From the NCBI GenBank assembly GCA_965221165.1, contig CBDCRP010000002.1:1216001-1280000 (forward strand): a stretch of 64,000 nt of DNA, given 5' to 3'. The notes under the pieces were generated by a model. That model saw nothing but the letters and a program-made list of their open reading frames with translations, did no database searches and was not told the origin of the DNA. The translations under genes were made by a program, and so were the position numbers. Positions 1 to 8,861 of this stretch are shown one piece after another (position 1 is the first letter of the stretch; every line of letters starts with the position of its first letter). The DNA comes from a bacterium. GTDB taxonomy: Bacteria > UBA8248.

Positions 1-35
1 GGGTAGATATGGGTATGGGGATCGATCGCCGTCAT
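1..35 (-). CDS. Partial (5' end only) amidohydrolase, paralog of 119..1135
   Basis: Reverse complement reads MTAIDPHTHIY, the same IDxHxH metal-binding start as the neighbouring gene (MIIDPHAHI); runs off the window edge. Confidence 0.6.
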   Translation of the reverse strand, partial: MTAIDPHTHIY

Positions 36-57
36 CTTTTTCCTATCTCTGTCGGGG

Positions 58-77
58 GGAGGCCCACTCGGGCCTCC
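58..77. terminator. GC-rich intergenic hairpin
   Basis: GGAGGCCC-ACTC-GGGCCTCC between the two amidohydrolase genes; no clear U-tract. Confidence 0.35.
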
Positions 78-118
78 TCACCGCATACTTGTCGAGTTGC
101 TTTCGCTGCCGCAGGCTA

Positions 119-1135
119 TTACACGTCCAGTTTGTAGAGTTTCTTCACGTTCCCGTAGAGCATTTGTTCCTGCTCTTCCGCCGAGAAGCGAGAAAGCCCC
201 GGAATCTCCTTCGCCCCGGCCAGATAGCCCATGTCGAAGGGATAGTCCGTTCCGTAGAGAATCTTGTCCACGCCGAGTGTTTTCACGGCGAACTCGAAGG
301 AATCCGCGTTGTGGATGATGGTGTCGTAATAAATCTTGCCGAAATACTGCTCGGGGTCTTTCGCGCCGTGCGCCTTGGGTTCTCTGCGCTCGCCGTAGCC
401 GTGCTGCCAGCGGCCCCGGATCCAGGGCGTGAAGCCGCCCACGTGCGAGACCAGAAACTTGATGTTCGGGAAACGATCGAACACGCCGCCGAAGATGAGG
501 CAGGCGATGGATATCGTCGTGTCGAGCGGGTTGCCGATGAAGTTTCTCAGGTAATAGTCCTTGAGCCTGTCGTTCACGCCCATGACGTCCACCGGGTGAA
601 TGAAAATCGGTACGTCATGCTCGCACGCTTTGGCCCAGACGACGTCGAGCGCCGGGTCGTCCAGGTTCGTGCCCGCGACGTTCGAGCCGATCTGACAACC
701 CAAATGGCCGTTTTTCACCGCGCGGTCGAGTTCGGCCGCCGCCGCTTCCGCGTCCTGGAGCGGAATTTGCGCCATACAGAGAAAACGCTCGGGGTGTTCT
801 TTCGTGAGCGCGGTGAGCGCATCGTTCAAAGATGTGGAGAGTTCCCTGTTCAGGCCCGCGTCGAGCGCATAGTGCGTCATCGGCGGAACGACGGAGAGAA
901 TCTGCATGTCCACGTTCTGGTTGTTGTCCATGTCGCTCAGGCGCATCTCGACGTCATAGGTTTCCTTCGGCAGCGGGTTCTTGTGAATCCGCTCCTCGCC
1001 GAGAACGGTGCTTTTCGTGACGAGTAGCTCCCACGGATCGCCCGCTTCGATGGTGACGGCGTCGCCGAAACGGCCTTGGCGCACGTCTTCGATGAAACTC
1101 TCGGGAGCAATATGGGCATGGGGGTCGATGATCAC
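119..1135 (-). CDS. Amidohydrolase_2 family (ACMSD-like decarboxylase/hydratase)
   Basis: IDPHAH, IFIHP, SHxGG and GTDYPFD motifs. Confidence 0.85.
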   Translation of the reverse strand: MIIDPHAHIAPESFIEDVRQGRFGDAVTIEAGDPWELLVTKSTVLGEERIHKNPLPKETYDVEMRLSDMDNNQNVDMQILSVVPPMTHYALDAGLNRELSTSLNDALTALTKEHPERFLCMAQIPLQDAEAAAAELDRAVKNGHLGCQIGSNVAGTNLDDPALDVVWAKACEHDVPIFIHPVDVMGVNDRLKDYYLRNFIGNPLDTTISIACLIFGGVFDRFPNIKFLVSHVGGFTPWIRGRWQHGYGERREPKAHGAKDPEQYFGKIYYDTIIHNADSFEFAVKTLGVDKILYGTDYPFDMGYLAGAKEIPGLSRFSAEEQEQMLYGNVKKLYKLDV

Positions 1136-1261
1136 CGCGACTTCTCCTTATCGGTACGTGAATGAGGAAAACCTGCTCTCAGAAAAAAGATTTTTGGAAA
1201 TTTCGAGGGCCGATTATGCACATTTTGCCGCCGCCACGCCAGAGCGCGGGGCCTTGCGCCG

Positions 1262-2491
1262 TTAAAACGCCTTGTCGATCACGATTCGCACGTCCCGCGC
1301 TCCCACCCGCACGGGACGCGCCGTACGGCCTTCCAGATCGCCTGCGCCAGCGGGACCCGCCGAACCGTCCGCGTCCAGGCGCGCTGCGAGCGAAACCATT
1401 CCCTCGAAAGGAACGCCGGGAATCATCACGTTTCTCTTTGATATCTCAAACGCCAGCGGGAACCTCGGATTCGCCACGCGCACGACCGCCAGCGGGGGAC
1501 CTCCTCCGCCCTTGCGCGCGATCAAAAACAAGACGGGCTTGCCTTGGGCGTAAGCCTGCAAAGCGGAAGCAACCTCGATGGTGCCCGAAATCACTCCTTC
1601 TTTCCCTAGCGTCTGCGCGGGTTTTCGCCCAGGCGCGCCTTTCGCCTCTTGAGTCAGAACGATCTCCACATCGCGCGCGCCCACCTGAACCGGCCCGCGA
1701 GCGCCGCCGAAAATATCGCCCGCCTGCGTCCCGACCTTTCCGTCGCCATCCAGCTTGGCGATGAGGTTGACCTCACCCGCGAACGCCACCCCCTGGAGCA
1801 TCACGTTTTGCTCGCTCATGGTGAATTCCAGAGGAAAGCCAGGATTCAGAATCCGCATGACCGCTAGGGGCGGGCCGGGCTGCTTACCACGCGCGATGAT
1901 GAAAATAGCCGCCTTGCCCTTCGCCTTTTCAGCCAGTGCGGGGGCGACGCGAACCACGCCGCGAATCGTCTTGCCGCTCCCGGTGGGTGGCTTTGCCTGC
2001 GGAGACGGAGAGGGCCTGGGGGGAGCTTTTTTCGCCACCTTCGGCGGAGGCGCGGTACCGATTTTATCGATCACCACGTCCACGTTCGTCGCACCCACGG
2101 TAACCTGGCCTGAGGCCCTCCCCTCGAAATCACCTTTGACCATTGGCCCGGGGACGCCATCCGCATCGAGGCGGGCGCGCACGCGGACACGGCCAGCGAA
2201 TTTCTGCCCGCGAATCATCACGTCGTCTTTCGTGATGACGTAGCTATAGGGAAACCGCGTCTCCACGAGACGCTGCACCGCCAGCGGCGGCCCGCCTCCC
2301 TCGCGCTCCAGTATGATGAAGAGCGTACGCGTGCGCCACGCCTTTACAGGCAGCTTCCCGCTCATCCGAATGACGCCCGAGACGGATTTTTCCGGCGGGC
2401 CGAGTTCGGGCAGCAGATCGCAACCGCCCAGAATCAATGAGAAACAAATAGACACAAGAGCGGCGCAAGAATTTTCGAATATGCGCATCAT
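1262..2491 (-). CDS. Lipoprotein with three tandem CcmI/CycH C-terminal-like Ig domains
   Basis: Lipobox LGGC; three copies of LFIIAR..GPPLAV.R....FP..F.....VM..G....G.V.L.ARLD.DG....GD.EG....V.VGA.DV.IVI. Confidence 0.75.
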   Translation of the reverse strand: MMRIFENSCAALVSICFSLILGGCDLLPELGPPEKSVSGVIRMSGKLPVKAWRTRTLFIILEREGGGPPLAVQRLVETRFPYSYVITKDDVMIRGQKFAGRVRVRARLDADGVPGPMVKGDFEGRASGQVTVGATNVDVVIDKIGTAPPPKVAKKAPPRPSPSPQAKPPTGSGKTIRGVVRVAPALAEKAKGKAAIFIIARGKQPGPPLAVMRILNPGFPLEFTMSEQNVMLQGVAFAGEVNLIAKLDGDGKVGTQAGDIFGGARGPVQVGARDVEIVLTQEAKGAPGRKPAQTLGKEGVISGTIEVASALQAYAQGKPVLFLIARKGGGGPPLAVVRVANPRFPLAFEISKRNVMIPGVPFEGMVSLAARLDADGSAGPAGAGDLEGRTARPVRVGARDVRIVIDKAF

Positions 2492-3423
2492 GGGCTTTTC
2501 CCTGGTGAGTTCGCCCGTAAAAAGGCCTCCACCTCGTTCAGGCGGGGAAGCGCGGCCCTTCCCCCGAGAGCGGTGCAGTTCATCGCGGCGACCGCGTTGG
2601 CGAAGCGCAACGTATCCTCAAGACCCATCTTTCGCAATACGCCGTACAAAAACCCGGCATGAAACGCATCCCCCGCCCCCGTGGTGTCCACCACATCCAC
2701 GTGAAAGCCCGGCGATACATAAAACCGCGCCCCATCGTATGCGAGCGCGCCGCGCGCGCCGAGGGTGACGCCCACCACTTTGGGCCCCATCGCGTGCAGC
2801 AAGCGCAAGGCTTCGCGGTGATCGGAAACGCCGGTGAGCAGAGCGGGGAAATCCTCCGCCGCCATCAGGTAATCCGTGAGTCCGATGAGTTCTTCGATTC
2901 CCTCGGGCGCGCGTTCCGCATCCAGGAACACAGGCGCGCCCTCCCCGCGCGCCCACCGGGCGGCCAGGATTTCCGCCTCGATGTGGTGGCCGTCCAAATG
3001 CAGGGAGCGGCCTGCTCTCACAACCTCCTCGCACACATCTTCGAGAGCCAGTGAGACCTCGCGCCGCCATAGAATCGTCCGCGAGCCTTTCTCCTCCTCG
3101 TCGCCTTCTTGCTGCACGATGATCAGGGCGAACTGGCTCGCGCGTCCTTTCTGGGTGATGACGCCGTCTACGTTCACACCCTCCGCTTTCAAACTCGCAA
3201 GAGAAAACGCGCCCGTCTCATCGTCACCCACCGCGCCGATGTAGGCCGCACACAAACCCAGACGCGCCAGCGCCGCCATTGCCGTGGCCGCCTGGCCGCC
3301 GCCCTCGCGCGCCATCTCCAGAATCCCGCTCTTGGTGTTGGCCTGCGGATACTCATTCACCACGCAGAACTGATCCACCGAATTCAAGCCGATTCCCACG
3401 GCGTCGAATTTTTTCTGCGTCAT
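2488..3423 (-). CDS. PfkB/ribokinase family carbohydrate kinase
   Basis: GGGQAAT, GAVGDD and VDTTGAGDAF signatures. Confidence 0.9.
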   Translation of the reverse strand: MTQKKFDAVGIGLNSVDQFCVVNEYPQANTKSGILEMAREGGGQAATAMAALARLGLCAAYIGAVGDDETGAFSLASLKAEGVNVDGVITQKGRASQFALIIVQQEGDEEEKGSRTILWRREVSLALEDVCEEVVRAGRSLHLDGHHIEAEILAARWARGEGAPVFLDAERAPEGIEELIGLTDYLMAAEDFPALLTGVSDHREALRLLHAMGPKVVGVTLGARGALAYDGARFYVSPGFHVDVVDTTGAGDAFHAGFLYGVLRKMGLEDTLRFANAVAAMNCTALGGRAALPRLNEVEAFLRANSPGKSP

Positions 3424-3440
3424 GAAAGGAAGTTTCCGCT

Positions 3441-4193
3441 TCAGATGAATTCGCGCAGGCGAACACCTTCGGGGTCTGCGGCGTCGAGTCCGGCGCGCTC
3501 GGCGGCGGTGGGTTCCGGCGTGGTGGACACGGGTTCCAGATCGCCCAGGTCGAATCCCGTGGCCGCACGCAAGGCTTCGGGCGTCACATCCTGGTGAATC
3601 GACTTGACTCGGAGGCGGCCATCCACTTTTTTAAAAATGCACAAGGGAGTCACGACCCCCTCCACGTTGCCGGAAGCAGTCACGAAATCGCAACGCTCCG
3701 GAAAGCTCCTCGCGTCGTGCACCGTTCTCCAGAGCACGGTGCGCCCGGCCGTGGGCAGAATATGCGCGCTGCCCGCACCACCTGGCAGACGCACCTTGGG
3801 GGCCGCGGGGTCCCCGATGAAGGAGAGGTTCATGTCGCCTCGCGCGTCGATTTGCGCGCCGCCCAGAAACGCCAGGTCGAGCTTGCCACGAGCAGATAAA
3901 TCAAAGATTTCCATCAAGTTGAAATAGGAAAGCGCGCCTTCCATGAGCTGCCGCGCCACCGTGGAGCCCGGAAGATAGGAAGGCCTGGGATCCACGCCGC
4001 CCGGTATGTTCAGATAGGTCAGGTTCGGCGCATGGGTTTTCCGGGCCATGACGATCGCCGCCATCGGCAGCGGGGAGGCCACGCCGTGGAACACGAGTTC
4101 CCCATCGCGAATGAATCTCGACAGAAAAACCGCCATCTTATCGGCGGTGGCGCGCACCCCCTCGGACGCGCCTTCACGCAAGTCGACGCTCAT
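3441..4193 (-). CDS. Family I CoA-transferase beta subunit (GctB-like)
   Basis: FLGGAQID.RGDMN and LPGGAG motifs; start moved to MSVDL, overlapping the alpha-subunit stop (ATGA). Confidence 0.85.
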   Translation of the reverse strand: MSVDLREGASEGVRATADKMAVFLSRFIRDGELVFHGVASPLPMAAIVMARKTHAPNLTYLNIPGGVDPRPSYLPGSTVARQLMEGALSYFNLMEIFDLSARGKLDLAFLGGAQIDARGDMNLSFIGDPAAPKVRLPGGAGSAHILPTAGRTVLWRTVHDARSFPERCDFVTASGNVEGVVTPLCIFKKVDGRLRVKSIHQDVTPEALRAATGFDLGDLEPVSTTPEPTAAERAGLDAADPEGVRLREFI

Positions 4194-5032
4194 GCGACGC
4201 CCCCGGAGGCCGCCGCGCTTACCGTATAATCGCGCTCCTCCCAGGAATCCAGATGGGCGCGCAGGGATTCCGCACGAGAGGCCGAATCGAGGTACGCACT
4301 CACCGCGTCCTCGTCGATATCGTAAAACGGATGACATCCCCCGGGCCGCGCACCCCCCGGCGCGTGCACGACCGCCTGCACCATGAAGGCGGGAACCGCC
4401 GTTCTGTCGGGTTTCTCGACGAAAAACGCGGTCTCCTCGATTCGCTCCGCCGTCAGAATCACCGCCTCGGCCGCTCTGGACATCAAGACGTCCTCGAACG
4501 CGCCGCCATCTATCCGCGCGTTCCCCTCCGCGTCGGCATACGTCACGTGGAGAACCGCGAACCGGGGCCTGATTCTGGGAACCATATAGACCAACTCGCC
4601 CGTGTAGGGATCCTTGACCTGCCGAAAACCCGTATGCGCCGCCACGTCGCTGCCCTCCAGACCCGCCGTGGGCTGGCTCGGAAGACCATAGGCGGAAGCC
4701 CTGAGGCCTGCGATGACCGTGGAACAGGCGTGTTCCACCGCCTGCACGCGGCCTTCCTCCACGCTGCGGCGGTAGGAAGGCGCCAGACCGAAGAGGTTCT
4801 CGAATCCCACGTAGCCCGTCTGCGTCTGCGCCACGGCCCCCGCCGCACACAGCAAGTCGACGTCATAGGCGCCGGCCGTCTTCACGAGACGCAAACCCAT
4901 CCGCCCCCGCCGAGCGAGTTCCCGGACGAAGGCGGCGGGAATCCTTGTGAGCGCGTTGCCGCCCAAAGCGAGCAAGTCTCCATCCTGCACGAAGGCCGCC
5001 GCTTGCTTGAGAGACATTATCTTGCCTGCCAT
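4190..5032 (-). CDS. Family I CoA-transferase alpha subunit (GctA-like)
   Basis: MSLKQAAAFVQDGD.LALGG, GLRA.A.GLP, AD.EGNA and APGGA.P motifs; RBS GAGGAGG. Confidence 0.85.
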   Translation of the reverse strand: MAGKIMSLKQAAAFVQDGDLLALGGNALTRIPAAFVRELARRGRMGLRLVKTAGAYDVDLLCAAGAVAQTQTGYVGFENLFGLAPSYRRSVEEGRVQAVEHACSTVIAGLRASAYGLPSQPTAGLEGSDVAAHTGFRQVKDPYTGELVYMVPRIRPRFAVLHVTYADAEGNARIDGGAFEDVLMSRAAEAVILTAERIEETAFFVEKPDRTAVPAFMVQAVVHAPGGARPGGCHPFYDIDEDAVSAYLDSASRAESLRAHLDSWEERDYTVSAAASGGVA

Positions 5033-5167
5033 CGATTCCTCCTCGTCGTGATTACCAGAGCTCCGATTATCCCTCAGAGGCGCGCGCCTCTCAAGGCGGA
5101 CGAGCCGACGCACCGTGAACTTCACGCATAAGGGATTGAATTTTCTGAAAAACCCGGTTTTTTCCAT

Positions 5168-5196
5168 TTGACAAGAACATCCATATTTCCTAGGGT
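5168..5196 (+). promoter_or_regulatory. Sigma70-type promoter for scpAB
   Basis: TTGACA (5168-5173), 17-nt spacer, TAGGGT (5191-5196). Confidence 0.55.
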
Positions 5197-5291
5197 GGAA
5201 GTAATTCTAGGGTAGTGGAGAGCCTTACCCGTCCACTGGCTCTAAAAATTGCCCCCAAAAGCCCCTCACGCTCCGCCCATCCGGGGTCTGC

Positions 5292-6221
5292 ATGAATCCC
5301 CATGAAAATGGTCCAGGAACCGAAGGCCCGGCTGCGCCTTCAGAGGCATTTGATCTGGCCGACCTCCCATTGGGCCGGGACATGTCCGCAGGAAATCCCG
5401 AGAACTGGGAAATCCTGGAAACTCCTCCCGCGACCGAGGCGGATTCTCCCGTGAGCAGCGTCGCCGCTCCCGGCATTCCCGATGATTCGGAGCGATTCAA
5501 CGTCAAAATCGACGTCTTCGAAGGGCCGCTCGAACTCCTGCTCCATCTGGTGCGCGAGCACAAGCTGGACATCCACGATATTCCGGTCGCCTTCATCACG
5601 GATCAATACCTGAAATACGTGGAACTGCTCAAAAAGCTGAACATCAACATGGCGTCGGAATACCTCGTCATGGCTTCCTACCTGGTCTACATCAAAAGCA
5701 GAACGCTTCTGCCCCGAACCGAAGATGACATAGAAGAGGAAGACCCCGAAGTCCTGCGCCAGGAACTCCAGCGCCAGCTCATCGAATACCAGAAATTCAA
5801 AAAAATCAGCCAAGTGTTCCGCCACGCCGAAGAGGAGCAATCCTGGCTCCATACGCGGGGCGACGACCCTCTCCTGCTGGAGGATGACGAGGAAGAAGAA
5901 GCACCCAAACTGCAAGTGACGGTGTTCGACCTCATCAGCGCAATGCAGCATCTCATCGAATCCATCGGGGAAGAGGGCGTTCACTTCGTGGACATCGATG
6001 AGCTCGAAGTCGCCGACTTGAGAACCAAACTGCTGGACACCCTGGAGAACGCAGGCGAGCAGGGCGTCTATTTCCACTCATTGTTCCAAACGAGGCGCAC
6101 GCTGGAAGTGGTGGTGATATTTCTGGCGCTCTTGGAACTCATCAAGGGAAATCTCATCGTGGCGCAACAGGCGTCGAATTTCGGAGAAATTCGTATTACG
6201 AAGGCGGTGAATGATGAATAA
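5292..6221 (+). CDS. scpA: Segregation and condensation protein A (kleisin)
   Basis: FEGPLELLLHL, EYLVMA..L..IKSR.LLP, FLALLEL; adjacent to scpB. Confidence 0.95.
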   Translation: MNPHENGPGTEGPAAPSEAFDLADLPLGRDMSAGNPENWEILETPPATEADSPVSSVAAPGIPDDSERFNVKIDVFEGPLELLLHLVREHKLDIHDIPVAFITDQYLKYVELLKKLNINMASEYLVMASYLVYIKSRTLLPRTEDDIEEEDPEVLRQELQRQLIEYQKFKKISQVFRHAEEEQSWLHTRGDDPLLLEDDEEEEAPKLQVTVFDLISAMQHLIESIGEEGVHFVDIDELEVADLRTKLLDTLENAGEQGVYFHSLFQTRRTLEVVVIFLALLELIKGNLIVAQQASNFGEIRITKAVNDE

Positions 6222-7218
6222 TTCTCAACCAGAAAATCAGGAAACAGCGCAGATAGAAACGGAAGCTCCCTTCGAACTCGCAGAGGATGGGGCGTCGTCT
6301 CCGGACGCAGCGGCCAAGGCTCTGGCGGAGCATCAGATGGAGGCGATGGAGGAGCTTCGCGAGGAGACGCCTTTCGAAATCGATGAGTCGCAAGATCGCC
6401 TCGAAGTGGCCGAAGACGCGCCCGATGACGAGGAAGCCGGAGAAATCGATAAGGACGCGCCGCTCGTCATGGACCTCGTTGAGACGAAAAAAATTATCGA
6501 ATCCATCCTCTTCGTCGCAAGCGAGCCGCTCAGACCACGGGACCTCTCTTTTCTGTTCAAGGGCGTATCCAACGTGAACGCCAAGGTCGTCCGAAAACTC
6601 CTGGCCGAGCTGATCGAAGAATATCAGGAGAAAACCTTGCAGATCATCGAAGTGGCCGAGGGCTTCCGCCTGTGCACGCGCGCAGAGTTCTCCCCCTGGG
6701 TGAAACGGTTCTCCAAAACGGCGAAGAAAACCAAGTTGTCCCAGGCGGCGCTCGAAACCCTGGCCATCCTGGCCTACAAACAACCCATTACCAAAGCGGA
6801 GGTCGAAGAGATCAGGCGGGTGGATTGCGGCGGCGTGCTGCACACCCTGCTCGAGCGCGGACTCATCCGCATCCTCGGGCGTCGGGACGTCGTGGGCCGG
6901 CCCATCGTCTACGGCACCACGCCCTTGTTCCTGGAGCATTTCGGCTTCAAGAACCTCTCGGATATGCCGAAGCCTGAGGAGTTCGAAACGTCCGAAAGAC
7001 TGGATTTAGGACCATCGGAAGGGATAGAGGAAATCATCGCGCTCGACGCCGAGGAGGAGGCGCAACCGCAAAACGACCACTCGAACGGCCATGCGAACGG
7101 GGACACGAATGGTCATGCTAACGGCCATGCGAATGGGAGCGCAGAGGGGGAGGAAACGCTCACGGAAACGGGCACTACTCCCGAAGACCCCGAAAAGAAG
7201 GCGGAGACCACCTCCTGA
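6211..7218 (+). CDS. scpB: Segregation and condensation protein B
   Basis: IESILF, LSQAALETLAILAYKQPITKAEVEEIR, GRPIVYGTT..FL.HFG. Confidence 0.95.
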   Translation: MMNNSQPENQETAQIETEAPFELAEDGASSPDAAAKALAEHQMEAMEELREETPFEIDESQDRLEVAEDAPDDEEAGEIDKDAPLVMDLVETKKIIESILFVASEPLRPRDLSFLFKGVSNVNAKVVRKLLAELIEEYQEKTLQIIEVAEGFRLCTRAEFSPWVKRFSKTAKKTKLSQAALETLAILAYKQPITKAEVEEIRRVDCGGVLHTLLERGLIRILGRRDVVGRPIVYGTTPLFLEHFGFKNLSDMPKPEEFETSERLDLGPSEGIEEIIALDAEEEAQPQNDHSNGHANGDTNGHANGHANGSAEGEETLTETGTTPEDPEKKAETTS

Positions 7219-7247
7219 CGAAACCCCCGACATTCTGGTACAACCAT

Positions 7248-7283
7248 AAGGAGGAGAGCCTGGGCTTTCCTCCTTTCTTTTTT
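7248..7283 (+). terminator. Rho-independent terminator after scpAB
   Basis: 12-bp stem AAGGAGGAGAGC/GCTTTCCTCCTT followed by a T-tract. Confidence 0.8.
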
Positions 7284-7324
7284 CTGCGCGTGGCACGTGC
7301 CAAGCCTACTCATAGGGATTAACA

Positions 7325-8269
7325 ATGCGTTTCGGGATCATGGCGACGGGAGGCGTGGGCGGCTACTTCGGCGCCATGCTGGCGAGGGGCGGTAAGGACG
7401 TCGCCTTCATCGCGCGCGGCGCGCACCTAGAAGCCATGCGGATAGAGGGACTTCGCGTGGAAAGCGTCTTACCCGGTGAATTCAGCATACAAAAAGGAGT
7501 GTTCACGGATTCACCTGCTGAGGCTGGCGTGTGCGAAGTCATTCTCTATTGCGTGAAAACGACCGCCAATGACACCGCCATTCCCGCCATCGCGCCCATG
7601 GTCGGCCCGGACACCGTGATCATCAACCTGCAAAACGGCGTGGACAACGAGGAGAAACTGGCGGCCGCCTATGGAACTGAGCGGGTGATGGGCGGGGCGG
7701 CTTACATATTCACCTCCATCGCGGAGCCGGGCCTCATCCGGCAAATCGGGGGGCCGAGGCGAATGGTTTTAGGCGAGATGAGCAGCGGCGCAAGCGAGCG
7801 TAGTGATGAAATACTAAGCGAACTGAAAGAGGCGGAAATCAACGCGGAGTACTCCGAAGACATCGAAGCGGAGCTTTGGACGAAGTTCATCTTCATCTGC
7901 GCGGTCGGCGGCATGACGGCGCTCACGCGCTCCACCATCGGCGAGATCATGGCTTATGAGGGCACGAGAAACATGATGCGTGAGACGATGCGCGAGGTCT
8001 TTCTGGTGGGCCGGGCGAAGGGCGTGAACCTTCCCGGTGGCGCGGACGAGGGGCGCTACCGCTTCATCGACGAGCAAAACCCGGCCAGCAAGGGCAGCCT
8101 GTGCCATGACCTAGAAGCCGGCAAGCGTCTCGAGATCGACGCGCTGTGCGGAACGGTCTCGCGCATCGGGGCGGAGGTGGGCGTCAAGACGCCGTGCAAC
8201 GATTTCATCTCGCACACCCTGAAACTCGCCGACCTTCAAATCGCGGGCGAGGTGAAGCCCACATTATGA
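7325..8269 (+). CDS. panE: 2-dehydropantoate 2-reductase
   Basis: GGVGGYFG, CVK, LQNG, LW.K, SL.HDL..G..LEID. Confidence 0.85.
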   Translation: MRFGIMATGGVGGYFGAMLARGGKDVAFIARGAHLEAMRIEGLRVESVLPGEFSIQKGVFTDSPAEAGVCEVILYCVKTTANDTAIPAIAPMVGPDTVIINLQNGVDNEEKLAAAYGTERVMGGAAYIFTSIAEPGLIRQIGGPRRMVLGEMSSGASERSDEILSELKEAEINAEYSEDIEAELWTKFIFICAVGGMTALTRSTIGEIMAYEGTRNMMRETMREVFLVGRAKGVNLPGGADEGRYRFIDEQNPASKGSLCHDLEAGKRLEIDALCGTVSRIGAEVGVKTPCNDFISHTLKLADLQIAGEVKPTL

Positions 8270-8365
8270 GCGCGCCGCTCGCTTATATTTCACCATCAGC
8301 CGTGACGTGGTAATCTTTCGATAACCCCGAATTCATCCAGACAAACACACGGAGAAGCGATTTCG

Positions 8366-8833
8366 ATGGCCCGAAAATACTGGCTCATGAAGAGCGAACC
8401 GGACGCATACTCGTTCGACGATCTGATGGCGGAGCCCGAGCGGACCGCCTGTTGGGACGGCATTAGAAACTATCAGGCCAGAAACTTCATGATGGAGATG
8501 AAGGTGGACGACTTCGTTCTCTTTTATCACTCGAACGCGAAGCCGCCCCACGTGGCGGGCACCGCGCGGGTAGCGCGGGAATCCTACCCCGACCACACCC
8601 AATACGATGAGAAATCGAAATACTACGACCCGAAAGCTCCCGCCGACGCCCCCCGCTGGCAGATGGTCGATCTGCAGGCGATGGAAAAGCTCCCCCGGCC
8701 CGTCTCACTGAACGAACTAAAGGAGAACCCCAAACTGGCCGAGATGCGCGTCACCCAGAAAGGGCAGCGCCTGAGCGTTCAGCCCGTGACCAAAAAGGAA
8801 TTCGACGAAGTGCTGCGCATGGCGAAAAAATAA
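8366..8833 (+). CDS. EVE domain protein
   Basis: YWLMKSEP..YS, WDGIRNYQARN, FYHSN, RLSVQPV. Confidence 0.95.
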   Translation: MARKYWLMKSEPDAYSFDDLMAEPERTACWDGIRNYQARNFMMEMKVDDFVLFYHSNAKPPHVAGTARVARESYPDHTQYDEKSKYYDPKAPADAPRWQMVDLQAMEKLPRPVSLNELKENPKLAEMRVTQKGQRLSVQPVTKKEFDEVLRMAKK

Positions 8834-8861
8834 CCATTCGCAGCGCGGAGAACCGGCGCGT

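Noticed and set aside
4194-4850. Long N-terminal extension of ORF 3441..4850
   Set aside because: It overlaps the alpha-subunit gene in another frame; the real start is at 4193
7291-7305. Sigma54-like TGGCACG-N6-GC and palindrome TGGCACGTGCCA before panE
   Set aside because: Lacks TT at -14 and would leave almost no leader for the RBS; seen only once
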